This document shows, in pieces, positions 27,477 through 37,199 of a DNA stretch of 50,717 nt. How positions within the stretch are numbered: position 1 is the stretch's first letter; the number at the start of each line of letters is the position of its first letter. Source of the stretch: an uncultured Rheinheimera sp. Lineage in GTDB: Bacteria > Pseudomonadota > Gammaproteobacteria > Enterobacterales > Alteromonadaceae. Location of the stretch: the NCBI GenBank assembly GCA_964511675.1, contig CAZEGA010000001.1, positions 1 to 50,717 of the forward strand. Reading direction: 5' to 3'. Under the pieces are notes generated by a model. It was not told the origin of the DNA and did not search any database. It saw only the letters and a list, made by a program, of their open reading frames with translations. The position numbers and the translations under genes were made by a program.

Positions 27477-29825
27477 CTATAAATCCGCCAAACAAATCAA
27501 CTTTTGCCAAGAATTATTTTTGGAGTATTTGGAATATGCACTCATCGAGCTGGTTTCAAAAAAAACATACGCTCTGAAAATAACATTTATAGCTGTTTCA
27601 AGTGTAACTGGCGAGTAATACTTAACTGGCAAACCAAAAGTGTTTTCCATAACAACAGTTGAAAGCCAAGTATCTTCGAGAACAATAACAGGCTTACCTG
27701 CATACATTGCATCCACGATAATTCCCGATGTTCTGTACTTAAAATTTGGAGACATGTAAGGAATCACTATCAAATCACATTGAAACATAGCTTTCCAATA
27801 ACTTTCGTTACTACTACAGTCAACTAACACAACATTATCTGATTCGTAATCTGCTAATACTTCTGATTTACGGCACGTTACGACCCAATCATGTTGAACA
27901 TTTTTAATACTCGCAAGAAATGATTTAGTGATTGCCTCTCCTTTCTCTGCAGTTAACGAACAAGGAAAATGCACTACTCTTTTTCCAGATTTTTTTAAGC
28001 TTTCAAATGTTAATTCTGGAGAACTTGGAATGGGGTTAGGCATTACATCTAAATACACTCCTAACCGAACATAGATTTCATTAGCAAGGTTTTCGGTTAC
28101 AGCTAGCACTTTGAATTTTTCCCTGTAAACCATAGAGTGCAATAATGTAATCTTTGAATCGAATGCAAACCTTGGCTTGGTCAAATTAGGCTTGTTAAAT
28201 ACTGATTCATGAAAAATACAAACAGAACATTTTAAACTTACTCCGAATTCAGCAAGTTTCTTTTCAACATCCACCAGCCCAGACAAGATTTGGCAAGATC
28301 CGTAGTAAAAAAATAATTTGAAATCAGTTACTTCTCTCGTTCTGGATACATTTAAAATAGCACTAAAAAGTTCATTGAAAAAATTAATATAAGAATTATG
28401 TTCCTTGTAATTTTCCTCAAAACAATAGTCAGCCCTGCTCACAGCCCATGAATGAGAGGTGAATACAGGCACAGCTTCGGCATGATATAAAGAAACATCT
28501 TGCTTTTTATTAACAAAAAGCAAGATGTTTTTATCATTCAAACAGTTTATCAAAGAGTTATGCCACTCAACATAATGTCCTGAACTTCCAACCCCATCAG
28601 GCTCAATTAGTATTGTTATTTCGTTTGTTCCAAAGTTATTTTCACGTTCATCATTATCATTCAGACTAGTAGCTCTAGAATACAATGCTGGTATATGAGA
28701 GAAGCCGGCATTAATGAAGCTCCTTCCCTCAGCTTCGCCCTGCACCATCAAACATTCCAATAAATGACAATGCTCGAAATAATATTCATTGTAGTCGATA
28801 TCAAAAAAGCCTGGATGAACTCTTTTAATATTAGCCATTTTGTCGTTAATTTGAACTTTAGCGCCATGAGACCAAAAGTAGCTATCCTGGTCAATAGGCC
28901 GACCATCACAACCTATAATATTAATCTCTTTAGAGAAGGTGGATGCTATTGGAAGCAATAAAAGGGTCAAAATATTAGCAGTAGTCTTGACAGCAAAGTC
29001 CGTAGTCAAATCAAAATTAAAGACTTTTGAGGTTTCAAACGGGACGCCAATAATTCTATCTTTGAATGCAGGGTAGCGCTTAATAAGCATATCATAGTAT
29101 TTTAAGGGTGTGACAATTGATATTTTACTAGATTCAAGCTCTCTAGCTACAGCATCTCTAAAAGAACCTGCGTAAGCAGAGATACCGAAATGAAATATAG
29201 GATCAGCAAAAACTAAAACGTGTGGTTTTACATAATCCATTAACTCACGATCTAGAATAACACTATTACAGACAACGTTGAATGAACTACTAAATTCATA
29301 ATCTCGATATTTTTCAACAGACGGACCTGTGGCAATAACCCAACCGTTTTCAAAACTACCTAGAACTTTTTTCATCGCAATAAGTTTTTCAGAGGATTCT
29401 AGAGTCTGAACATGTTTTGTAGAGCTGCTATCAAAACAACATTGAATATAAAAAGACCCTTCCTGCCTCACTTTATTTTTGTCTACTCTATATACTTTCT
29501 TCTTCAACCCTTTCAAAAAGGAGTCTATATTAGATTCACCTTCAACCCATTTTAGAACAACATCAACTTCACTTATTATTTCTTTAATATCTTCATCATC
29601 TACAAACTCATAGTTAAATTGTTCAGCATAAATCAACGCATCTTTTGCAAACTCATCCCCTAAACAAGGAGAGAAATGTTTACCTTTGTCTAATATTGTA
29701 GAGCTAAGCGCAAAATACACTTTTTTATTAGTGTCTGAGCCAAAATGCCAACAAGCTCTTAAAAAGAGATCATTTAGAACATCGATGTTGGGTATTACTG
29801 GATAAAATGCAATTTTCAATGTCAT
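27477..29825 (-). CDS. Multidomain transferase: DUF115/MAF-like domain plus C-terminal GT-B (GT4-like) domain
   Basis: VIATGPS, VVCNS and IIGCDG (DUF115-like); SGHY, EKG and TSGIIVDAMYAGKPVI (GT-B). Confidence 0.65.
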   Translation of the reverse strand: MTLKIAFYPVIPNIDVLNDLFLRACWHFGSDTNKKVYFALSSTILDKGKHFSPCLGDEFAKDALIYAEQFNYEFVDDEDIKEIISEVDVVLKWVEGESNIDSFLKGLKKKVYRVDKNKVRQEGSFYIQCCFDSSSTKHVQTLESSEKLIAMKKVLGSFENGWVIATGPSVEKYRDYEFSSSFNVVCNSVILDRELMDYVKPHVLVFADPIFHFGISAYAGSFRDAVARELESSKISIVTPLKYYDMLIKRYPAFKDRIIGVPFETSKVFNFDLTTDFAVKTTANILTLLLLPIASTFSKEINIIGCDGRPIDQDSYFWSHGAKVQINDKMANIKRVHPGFFDIDYNEYYFEHCHLLECLMVQGEAEGRSFINAGFSHIPALYSRATSLNDNDERENNFGTNEITILIEPDGVGSSGHYVEWHNSLINCLNDKNILLFVNKKQDVSLYHAEAVPVFTSHSWAVSRADYCFEENYKEHNSYINFFNELFSAILNVSRTREVTDFKLFFYYGSCQILSGLVDVEKKLAEFGVSLKCSVCIFHESVFNKPNLTKPRFAFDSKITLLHSMVYREKFKVLAVTENLANEIYVRLGVYLDVMPNPIPSSPELTFESLKKSGKRVVHFPCSLTAEKGEAITKSFLASIKNVQHDWVVTCRKSEVLADYESDNVVLVDCSSNESYWKAMFQCDLIVIPYMSPNFKYRTSGIIVDAMYAGKPVIVLEDTWLSTVVMENTFGLPVKYYSPVTLETAINVIFRAYVFFETSSMSAYSKYSKNNSWQKLICLADL

Positions 29826-29830
29826 AAAAA

Positions 29831-30583
29831 CTAATCCGGATCATGCAAACAGGTACTAATACCACCACTGATATCAATACAACTGCCGTGAATAAAATGG
29901 GCCTGGTCACTAGCCAAAAATAATGTCAGTTTAGCAATTTCGCTTGGCTCGCCAATACTTTTACTAGGATGATAATCTTTAAGCTGCTGATACTTTTCTG
30001 GTTTGCCAACGAAACCCGCCTTAAGCATATCCGTTGCTATTGCCGCAGGCTCTATAGCATTGACTCTAATCCTGTCACCGACATCCAGCGCCATCGATTT
30101 CGTCATACCGCTTAATGCAGATTTGCTGCTGGCATAAGCAACAAAATTTTTCTTCGTAAGCTTAGCGTGAACACTGCTGATATTTACTACTGAGCCCATG
30201 GCAAACTCCAGTTGAGTTAAAAAGGCTTGAGTCAGAAAAAAAGGAGCCTGCAAATTTACAGCTAACGTATTTTGCCAGTCACTACGGCTTAACGTTGCTA
30301 CCCCGCCTAAAATTTGTATGGCCGCATTATTAACTAAACAGTGCAGCTTATTATTGGTTAATAGTTCAGCAATTTTCACATTTGTTTTTGCAGCATAGCA
30401 CTCATCGTGACTGTAGTTAGCCAAATCTACTGAAATATAGTGCGCGCAAAACGTCTCAGCATGTTGGGATGGGTGTATATCCAAGGCAATAACCTGGTAT
30501 CCGTCAGAAACAAAAGCCGAGCATAATGCCCGGCCTATGCCACCGTTAGCCCCGGTGATCAGGGCATAACGCTGTTTATCCAT
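29831..30583 (-). CDS. SDR family oxidoreductase
   Basis: TGANGGIG, NNAA, NISS, YASSK and NAIEP. Start at ATG 30583. Confidence 0.92.
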   Translation of the reverse strand: MDKQRYALITGANGGIGRALCSAFVSDGYQVIALDIHPSQHAETFCAHYISVDLANYSHDECYAAKTNVKIAELLTNNKLHCLVNNAAIQILGGVATLSRSDWQNTLAVNLQAPFFLTQAFLTQLEFAMGSVVNISSVHAKLTKKNFVAYASSKSALSGMTKSMALDVGDRIRVNAIEPAAIATDMLKAGFVGKPEKYQQLKDYHPSKSIGEPSEIAKLTLFLASDQAHFIHGSCIDISGGISTCLHDPD

Positions 30584-31541
30584 TTGCGGTTGTGCCCTTG
30601 GTATCAAGTTGGTTAAAAAAGCCTGACAGTTTTTCCAGCGCGGTATAACTGGCGCGCCTTACGCCTTCAACAGTATTAGAGCCATTATGCGATCCAAAAA
30701 TACACTTTGGCATTGCACGCAACGGGGATGTTTTTGGCAATGGCTCTACCTCGAACACATCCAGCGCGGCGGCGGCAATATGGCCGCATTGTAGTGCAGC
30801 TACTAAGGCAGCTTCATCAATCAATGGTCCGCGTGCCACGTTAACTACTTGGCTGCCAGGTTTCATTAGGGCTAAGGTATCGGCATTTAGCATATGAAAA
30901 TTATGCTTGTTAAGTGCACAGGTGAAAATGAGAAAATCTAGCTCGTCCAAACCCTCTGGCCAGGCTTTTCGGCTAACATAATCCAGGCCACGGTTGCCTT
31001 CGATACCCGGGTCGTAAGCGGTCACGCTAACATCAAAACCCATAAGCCGCTTAGCCGTGTTGTAACCAATATCACCAAAACCGACTACACCAATTTTTTT
31101 ACCGCTGACACTCATACCGGCAGGCTTGGGCCAGTTAAAATTTTGCCTGATTTCGCGGTCTATATAAAAAGTTTGCCGCGCTAGCCCCAGCATTAAACCT
31201 ACCGCAACGTCCGCCACTTCAGTACCAAACATATTTGGGGTATTAGTAATAGGAATGTTCAATTCTTTACAAGCCGAAAAGTCGACATTATCAACCCCTA
31301 TACCCCACTTTACCGCTGCAGTAAGCTTACCGGCTTTGGCAGCTTCAAATACCTGATAGGTTGCAGGGTCATCACCAATAATCCAGCCATCATAGGCCGG
31401 CAATTGCGTCATTAACTCAGCTTCAGACAATACCTGAGTGGTTTTTGCTGCCACTAATTCCAGACCTAATTGCTTTGCAGGCTCGACAAACTCATTAAAT
31501 AAACCCAGCATCGGCGGGCAGGTTACTAATACTTTTTTCAT
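30576..31541 (-). CDS. D-2-hydroxyacid dehydrogenase (phosphoglycerate dehydrogenase-like)
   Basis: GIGVDNVD, GFGDIG, NVARG, LDVFEVEP and SHNGS. Confidence 0.9.
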   Translation of the reverse strand: MKKVLVTCPPMLGLFNEFVEPAKQLGLELVAAKTTQVLSEAELMTQLPAYDGWIIGDDPATYQVFEAAKAGKLTAAVKWGIGVDNVDFSACKELNIPITNTPNMFGTEVADVAVGLMLGLARQTFYIDREIRQNFNWPKPAGMSVSGKKIGVVGFGDIGYNTAKRLMGFDVSVTAYDPGIEGNRGLDYVSRKAWPEGLDELDFLIFTCALNKHNFHMLNADTLALMKPGSQVVNVARGPLIDEAALVAALQCGHIAAAALDVFEVEPLPKTSPLRAMPKCIFGSHNGSNTVEGVRRASYTALEKLSGFFNQLDTKGTTANG

Positions 31542-31554
31542 TGCTTTGCTCCGC

Positions 31555-32253
31555 TTAAACGCTGATTAAACCTTTTTGGATAAAATAATGGGTCGTTACC
31601 ACTGCCTTGTCCCAATCCTCTGGTGTATCAATATCAGACGATTCCATTGCTGGGGTAATCATCATCATTGGCTGCTTGCCAATCCGGGCATTGGTTTTAG
31701 CAAAGCTGTCACGGTTAAACAGATACAAATTAGAATTTTCTTCATACCACGGCTCCAGATTTTGGGTAGGTATCAGATTGTCCGGATCATGGTTAATGGC
31801 CGAGCAATCTTCACGGTAAAACCGGGTTTGAATCTTATTAACCGTAAACAACGAATCGGCGCTACCATTGTCCTGGGCATCAGAATACTCTGCAATCGCC
31901 TTACGAATAGTATCCGGCTGTAATAACGGGTTGGTGGTATGGGTCATTAAATAGATATCCGCTTCGACGTTCGCTACATCATCGGCCAGCACCAGATTCA
32001 TTGACACGTCATCACCGCAAATTTCGGCCTTACGGTCACGAATTTTAATACGGTCAGTATCTACCAGACCATTTTCAGCAAGTATATGGCGAGCATCCGT
32101 ATTTATTACCACGTAATCAATTTCTTTAACTGCCAGTAAACTATCTAAAATCCAACGAAACAGCGGTTTGCCGCAGAAATCGCGAAAGTTTTTACCCTTA
32201 ACCCGTGTGCTATTTGCTTTCATCGGCAGCAAAGCTACTATCTTTTTGCTCAT
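31555..32253 (-). CDS. Acylneuraminate/Kdo cytidylyltransferase family (CTP_transf_3)
   Basis: LLPMKANSTRVKGKN...GKPL, THTTNPL, ENSNLY and DIDTPEDW. Start at ATG 32253. Confidence 0.88.
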   Translation of the reverse strand: MSKKIVALLPMKANSTRVKGKNFRDFCGKPLFRWILDSLLAVKEIDYVVINTDARHILAENGLVDTDRIKIRDRKAEICGDDVSMNLVLADDVANVEADIYLMTHTTNPLLQPDTIRKAIAEYSDAQDNGSADSLFTVNKIQTRFYREDCSAINHDPDNLIPTQNLEPWYEENSNLYLFNRDSFAKTNARIGKQPMMMITPAMESSDIDTPEDWDKAVVTTHYFIQKGLISV

Positions 32254-33151
32254 AAATATCCTTCTCCACATCTTTAGGGTAAAAATAATGGTATTTCATC
32301 TTGGCAGATAACTTGCGCACTTCATGGTTTCCTTTGTAGGTGCCCCAGTAATGCATAAGCCTAAACATAAAAATTTCTGGAAACTTCTTTAAAAATGTCT
32401 TTTGATTTAATGCGGCTGCAGAGTCGGAGAACAAACTAGAAGTAAAAAATCGGCAAAAATCACCAAAGGTAAAATGTACTTCGGGCATAATGCGCTGAAG
32501 CGCATAAGCTTCTCGTTCATAGCGGGTACGGACCTGAGACCACGTTTCATCGTGGATATGGAAAACTGAAGCGCGTGAAGCATATGCTACCTTATGTCCT
32601 GCCTCTACCAATTGCTTAGCCAGGTACATATCTTCCAGCCCGGTTAGGTCTTCATTAAACTTAAAAAGTTGCCAAGCTTCGCGCGTAATTGCACCGTTCG
32701 CATTGTTACAAAAATAGCCTTCTTGCGGGACTTTGTCGTAAGCAGGAAAACATTTTTCAAAATGCTGATACTCAGAAAACTTGGTTGTGTCCTTGCCTTC
32801 TTGTCTGCCATAGCTGTAGCTGGCTTTTCCCTCTTTCAGAGGTTTAACTAATTCATCTAACCAATTTTCGTTTGTCGGCAAACAATGACCACTGACAAAT
32901 AACAAGAAATCACCTTTGGCAAACTCGCAACCTACATTTAAAGAGCGGCCAAAGGTAAAATCTGCTTTTTTAATATGAGTAACACGGCAAGGGTATTTAG
33001 CCGCAATGTTTAACGTTTCATCTGTTGAACCAGAATCTACGATCACCACGTCTAAATCTACAGTCTCACATTTTTGCGCAAACATACTGGCCAATAACTG
33101 ATCCAGATATTTTTGCTCGTTATAAGTACGTATAACAACACTGGCTAACAT
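32210..33151 (-). CDS. GT2 family glycosyltransferase
   Basis: SVVIRTYNE, VDSGSTD, FTFGRSLNVG and EDM. Start at ATG 33151. Confidence 0.88.
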   Translation of the reverse strand: MLASVVIRTYNEQKYLDQLLASMFAQKCETVDLDVVIVDSGSTDETLNIAAKYPCRVTHIKKADFTFGRSLNVGCEFAKGDFLLFVSGHCLPTNENWLDELVKPLKEGKASYSYGRQEGKDTTKFSEYQHFEKCFPAYDKVPQEGYFCNNANGAITREAWQLFKFNEDLTGLEDMYLAKQLVEAGHKVAYASRASVFHIHDETWSQVRTRYEREAYALQRIMPEVHFTFGDFCRFFTSSLFSDSAAALNQKTFLKKFPEIFMFRLMHYWGTYKGNHEVRKLSAKMKYHYFYPKDVEKDIYEQKDSSFAADESK

Positions 33152-33152
33152 T

Positions 33153-34082
33153 TTACACCACACTAAATTGATGCACCGCTGCGCCATGCACCGGTAGTTT
33201 GATACAAAACACTTTACCCGAATCTGGATATTGCACGAGTTGCTCTGGTGTTAAACCTTCACGAGCCGAAGTTATAAACAACAGATTGTTATCTTGCCCA
33301 CCAAAGCAGCAACTAGACGGTTGCGGTACTGGCAACCTTATTTCGGCAAGCTGTTGGCCGGCTGGGCTTATACACACTACCTTTGCACCGCCCCACAACG
33401 CTAACCAAACATTACCATTATTGTCGACTGCGCCACCATCAGGCGTGGCGGCAGTGTTATTTAAATCGACAAAACAACCGATCTCGACTAATTGGCCGTT
33501 AGCCTGCAGTTGGTAGCGCCGGCAAATTTGCTTTAATGAATCAGAAATAAGCACGGTTTGCTTATCTAGCCAGCAAAATGTATTGGGGATAGCAACTTCG
33601 TCCAGTTCCTGCTTTATATCACCGGAGGCACCGATACTAAACACCTGTCCAATACCGGGCTTAGGCTGACGAAGCATAGTGCCAAACCAATATCGGCCAT
33701 CAGGGCCTACCACACCATCATTACTACGATAGCCCGCTGCTAAATTCAGCACATACCTCGGACAATACTCTCCGGCCGTTAAATCAAAACTACTTAGGTG
33801 GCTTTCACCTAGCAGCCAGACAAGCTCACCGTTGGTTTTATCTGCCGCCAATGACGATACCGTATGCGGCAGCTGCCAGTACTGCTCTTCACCGCTGTCG
33901 AGATGTTTTTCAAACAAGCAGTTTTGTAATATATCGACCCACAGTAAGCTGTTACGCCCGACGTGCCATAGCGGCCCTTCGCCAAGTTCTGCCAAGCTAT
34001 GACTAAACACCGACGGCTGAGCCGATACTTGGCCGTTAAAAATGGCAGAGCTGCGTTTAGCCAGCAATGTTGAAGATGTCAC
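33153..34082 (-). CDS. SMP-30/gluconolactonase family protein
   Basis: LGEGPLW, WVDI, RSNDG, IPN, PDGGAVD and PSSCCFGG..LFITSA. Confidence 0.9.
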   Translation of the reverse strand: MTSSTLLAKRSSAIFNGQVSAQPSVFSHSLAELGEGPLWHVGRNSLLWVDILQNCLFEKHLDSGEEQYWQLPHTVSSLAADKTNGELVWLLGESHLSSFDLTAGEYCPRYVLNLAAGYRSNDGVVGPDGRYWFGTMLRQPKPGIGQVFSIGASGDIKQELDEVAIPNTFCWLDKQTVLISDSLKQICRRYQLQANGQLVEIGCFVDLNNTAATPDGGAVDNNGNVWLALWGGAKVVCISPAGQQLAEIRLPVPQPSSCCFGGQDNNLLFITSAREGLTPEQLVQYPDSGKVFCIKLPVHGAAVHQFSVV

Positions 34083-34758
34083 GATAATCTACCTTGTTAA
34101 AAACAGTGCATTTGCCTTCCACTGTGGCATCGAGAATTTCGCGGCCTTCAGATTCAAAAATGTCACGCGCAATCTGGTACGATTCCTCGCTTTTGGTCAA
34201 ATCTGGATTATCCCAACTTTGGCCAAAGCCAAAATAATTTTCAATAAAGTGGTTGGGGTCTGCACCTTGCATTATTTTGTTCTCATTAGGCTTTCCTTCA
34301 TAACTAAAGTTATGATCCATACCTATAATAATTACTCGTTTAAACCCCATATAATAAGCTATTTGCAAAGCAGCATAGGTTACAGTACCGCCCTCTCGTA
34401 CACCAAGGCTAATGTCTTTGCAAAATCTGTCTGGTGGTTGCTTGGTGTTTATGCCGTATGTCAACGCATCCTCGACTACAACATTTCCACCACGATTACC
34501 TATAAACTTAACGCAATTTAATTTATTAATCTCATTAACACTTTGCGCGATCACAGTTGGATTAACACAAACATAATACCGGGGATAAAAACCAAACTTC
34601 TTAAAACCTAAATAAATTTTATTTAAACCAATACAGGTTTGCTGCCTAAGAAAACTAAGATCCATCTTGTTTAATGAAGGACCATTGGCAACGAGCACAC
34701 AGTCTTGACCACAGTGTCGGCCAAGAAGGATACTTTCAAATCTATTCGTCAAACGCAA
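34057..34758 (-). CDS. DUF115 / MAF_flag10-like protein (candidate transferase)
   Basis: LVANGPSL, IGLNKIY, GGTVTYAALQIAYYMGF, IIGMDH and DPNHF. Confidence 0.8.
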   Translation of the reverse strand: MRLTNRFESILLGRHCGQDCVLVANGPSLNKMDLSFLRQQTCIGLNKIYLGFKKFGFYPRYYVCVNPTVIAQSVNEINKLNCVKFIGNRGGNVVVEDALTYGINTKQPPDRFCKDISLGVREGGTVTYAALQIAYYMGFKRVIIIGMDHNFSYEGKPNENKIMQGADPNHFIENYFGFGQSWDNPDLTKSEESYQIARDIFESEGREILDATVEGKCTVFNKVDYRDIFNIAG

Positions 34759-35705
34759 TAACCCAAAAATTCAAATATATTTTTAAAAGAGTTTGAGCTA
34801 GTTATCTCAACTAAGTATTCTTCGCTAAAGCCTCTTCTTGGCCTCGCCGAGATTTCAAAACTCCCCCTTCCACTATCACCGCTTATCTTAAATATCTCAA
34901 TATAATCTAAACCATGCTCAACGCTTGTTAAAGCTAGCTTGCTCAAACACTCGGTCAGCATTAGCTCCGGTTGCTCTACAAAATCTTCGTATTTTACAAC
35001 TTGATCTTTTGAAAATGGAGCTAAAAACTTAAGCAACCTGCCACAATACTCGTCAAAACTATCGGGTTTAAAATGTACCCAGCCGTTTTTCCGCAATGAC
35101 AAAAACGAATCAATAGGGTTACGCACAGTAACTAAGTGCTTAATTTCAAAATATGGCGACAACAAACGTGTTAACGTATCTGTACCTGGTAGCTGCGCAT
35201 CGGTACAATAATCAGAATGCGTATGCGCACGTAAAACCAAATATCCACCGCGCTCACTTACGTGTCGCTCTGTCGCAATGACATTTTCCACAAAAATATC
35301 TTCTGCTAACGTATTAAATTCAGGCACACCTGCATATAGCGCCTGAGTAATAACATCACGAGGCGTGTAAGTGCCTTTACTGGTATTAAAACCTAAACGC
35401 GTAGTAGGGTGTAGTTCACTAAGCAAAAATACATTAGGCTGTGCAGCAATGCATTTAGATATTAGGGTACCGCCGCTGCAGGCGAAATGATGAATGATCC
35501 GCAGCATTGGTTTTTGCTGTTTCTGCCCCTGCAGTGCCACTTTCTCGCAGCGCTGCAATAGGCTTTGCGTATTGCTCAGGCCCTGCACGTCTTCTAAGCC
35601 GCTATTAGGGTTGTCGATATTATTAAGTTCTATCAACGCCAAAGCTTGCTGCAATTGTTGCTGCAACTCACGTAAGTTTAAATTGTCGTCTTGCTGTATG
35701 GTCAT
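34749..35705 (-). CDS. Sulfotransferase-fold protein with short N-terminal coiled coil
   Basis: HFACSGGTLI (5'-PSB-like), VRNPIDSFLS (3'-PB-like) and KYEDFV. Confidence 0.68.
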   Translation of the reverse strand: MTIQQDDNLNLRELQQQLQQALALIELNNIDNPNSGLEDVQGLSNTQSLLQRCEKVALQGQKQQKPMLRIIHHFACSGGTLISKCIAAQPNVFLLSELHPTTRLGFNTSKGTYTPRDVITQALYAGVPEFNTLAEDIFVENVIATERHVSERGGYLVLRAHTHSDYCTDAQLPGTDTLTRLLSPYFEIKHLVTVRNPIDSFLSLRKNGWVHFKPDSFDEYCGRLLKFLAPFSKDQVVKYEDFVEQPELMLTECLSKLALTSVEHGLDYIEIFKISGDSGRGSFEISARPRRGFSEEYLVEITSSNSFKNIFEFLGYCV

Positions 35706-35710
35706 AGCGA

Positions 35711-37195
35711 CTACTTATTTTCCAATAACTCTGGGTGTTCTTGCTCTAACTTACTGTAAAACTTACTGGCGGCTGAAAGCTTAATGTACAGCTCGCCAAC
35801 TAAGCTGCGTAAATCCTTCTCTGTCTTTAATAACGTTGCATAACGGCTGCGAAGCTCAGCAGCATCTGCCTCTACTTTAGCTAGTAATTTAATGCTTAAC
35901 TGGCTGCTACGCTGTTGTTCTTTTAATTCTTTATTAGTTTGTTCATTTTGGGCTTTTAATGACTCAACCCAAGCCTTATGTTTTTGATGCCCTTCTGCCT
36001 CTTGCTTTAAGCTGTCTTTGGTTTGCTTTAGCTCTTTTTGCAGTTGCGCGGCATCGCTATTAAGTGCTTTTAACTGGCTGTCTTGCTCGGTAAGTAGCTT
36101 GTTTTGTGCTAGCTGATTAGCATTAAGATCCGTTACTAATTGTTGAGCTGCTTGTAGCTGCTTAACTAACTCGGCTTTCTGCTGTTCAGTCTGCTGTTTT
36201 TCAGCCGCCAGTTGCTGCTTAGCTATTTCCAACTGTTTCGCACTGTCAGCTTTGGCCTGCTCAGCTTGCTGGGTCTGGGCTGTCAATTGCTGTTTGACCT
36301 GCTCAGCCTGCTGTGTTTGCTCCGCTACCTGCTGCTTTAAGTGTTCCAGTTGTTTCGCACTATCAGCTTTGGCTTGCTCAGCTTGTTGTTTTTCAGTAGC
36401 TAAATGCTGCTTTCCTGCATCTAACTGCTTTGCCAACTCCGCCTTTTCTTGCTCTGCTCGTTGCTTTTCAGCAACCAAGTGCTGCATCGATGTTTCTAGC
36501 TGCTTTGTCAACTCAGCCAGCTGCTGCTTGCTTATTGCTATTTCATGCTGTGCCGCTTTAAGTTGTTGCGCCTTAATATCCCGGTAAAATCTTAATAATG
36601 GAAAATCCGGATCGGTAGCATCGGTCTGGCTAAGCTCGTAACCTTGCTCTGTCAGGTATTGCTGCAGCTCTTTTAATGACGCTGCGTGTTGATACAGCGG
36701 CTGTGCGCTGTGCATCAGCACCAGATGGCTAAAATGCTGCAGCAGGTTTTTACCGGCTAAATGGCGAAGTAACGCCAGATTCTGTGCCGGCAGCTCCAGC
36801 AACAACATGTTTTGCGAGCCGTTTAGCTTAACTGCCTGTAGTTCTGCTGCCAGCTCAACCGTTGTCACATCTTGCTGCGGCAGGGTTTTAAGGCCCGGGT
36901 ACAAGCCTGCAAGTTCGGTTGTGGCGGGGGCCAGTGCGTTGCACTGCGCCAGGTTAAAGCAATACATGGCCTGGGTACCGGCTTGCTCGGCCACAGCCCG
37001 GCTATGCACTTTAAGCGTTTTATTATCAGCGAACTGTTTTGCCAGCTGCTTTGCCAGCAGCGGATCTGCTTCGTAAACGACCACGCTGTCTGCTGCTATG
37101 TTAAGGCACTGTGCCAGTATATCGCCGGTACCGGCACCGATGGCAACGAGATGGGACACAGCAGGTATTGAAGACCATTGCATAGGTAATAACAT
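35711..37195 (-). CDS. FkbM-like methyltransferase-fold domain plus long coiled coil
   Basis: AIGAGTG, VYEADP and AVA in the N-terminal part; the C-terminal ~280 aa are Q/E/K/L-rich heptads. Confidence 0.6.
   Translation of the reverse strand: MLLPMQWSSIPAVSHLVAIGAGTGDILAQCLNIAADSVVVYEADPLLAKQLAKQFADNKTLKVHSRAVAEQAGTQAMYCFNLAQCNALAPATTELAGLYPGLKTLPQQDVTTVELAAELQAVKLNGSQNMLLLELPAQNLALLRHLAGKNLLQHFSHLVLMHSAQPLYQHAASLKELQQYLTEQGYELSQTDATDPDFPLLRFYRDIKAQQLKAAQHEIAISKQQLAELTKQLETSMQHLVAEKQRAEQEKAELAKQLDAGKQHLATEKQQAEQAKADSAKQLEHLKQQVAEQTQQAEQVKQQLTAQTQQAEQAKADSAKQLEIAKQQLAAEKQQTEQQKAELVKQLQAAQQLVTDLNANQLAQNKLLTEQDSQLKALNSDAAQLQKELKQTKDSLKQEAEGHQKHKAWVESLKAQNEQTNKELKEQQRSSQLSIKLLAKVEADAAELRSRYATLLKTEKDLRSLVGELYIKLSAASKFYSKLEQEHPELLENK
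36164..36505 (-). repeat. Intragenic tandem repeat, 75-bp (25-aa) unit x4, third unit with a 14-aa internal duplication
   Basis: KQLETSMQHLVAEKQRAEQEKAELA / KQLDAGKQHLATEKQQAEQAKADSA / KQLEHLKQQVAEQTQQAEQVKQQLTAQTQQAEQAKADSA / KQLEIAKQQLAAEKQQTEQQKAELV. Confidence 0.85.
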
Positions 37196-37199
37196 CCTT

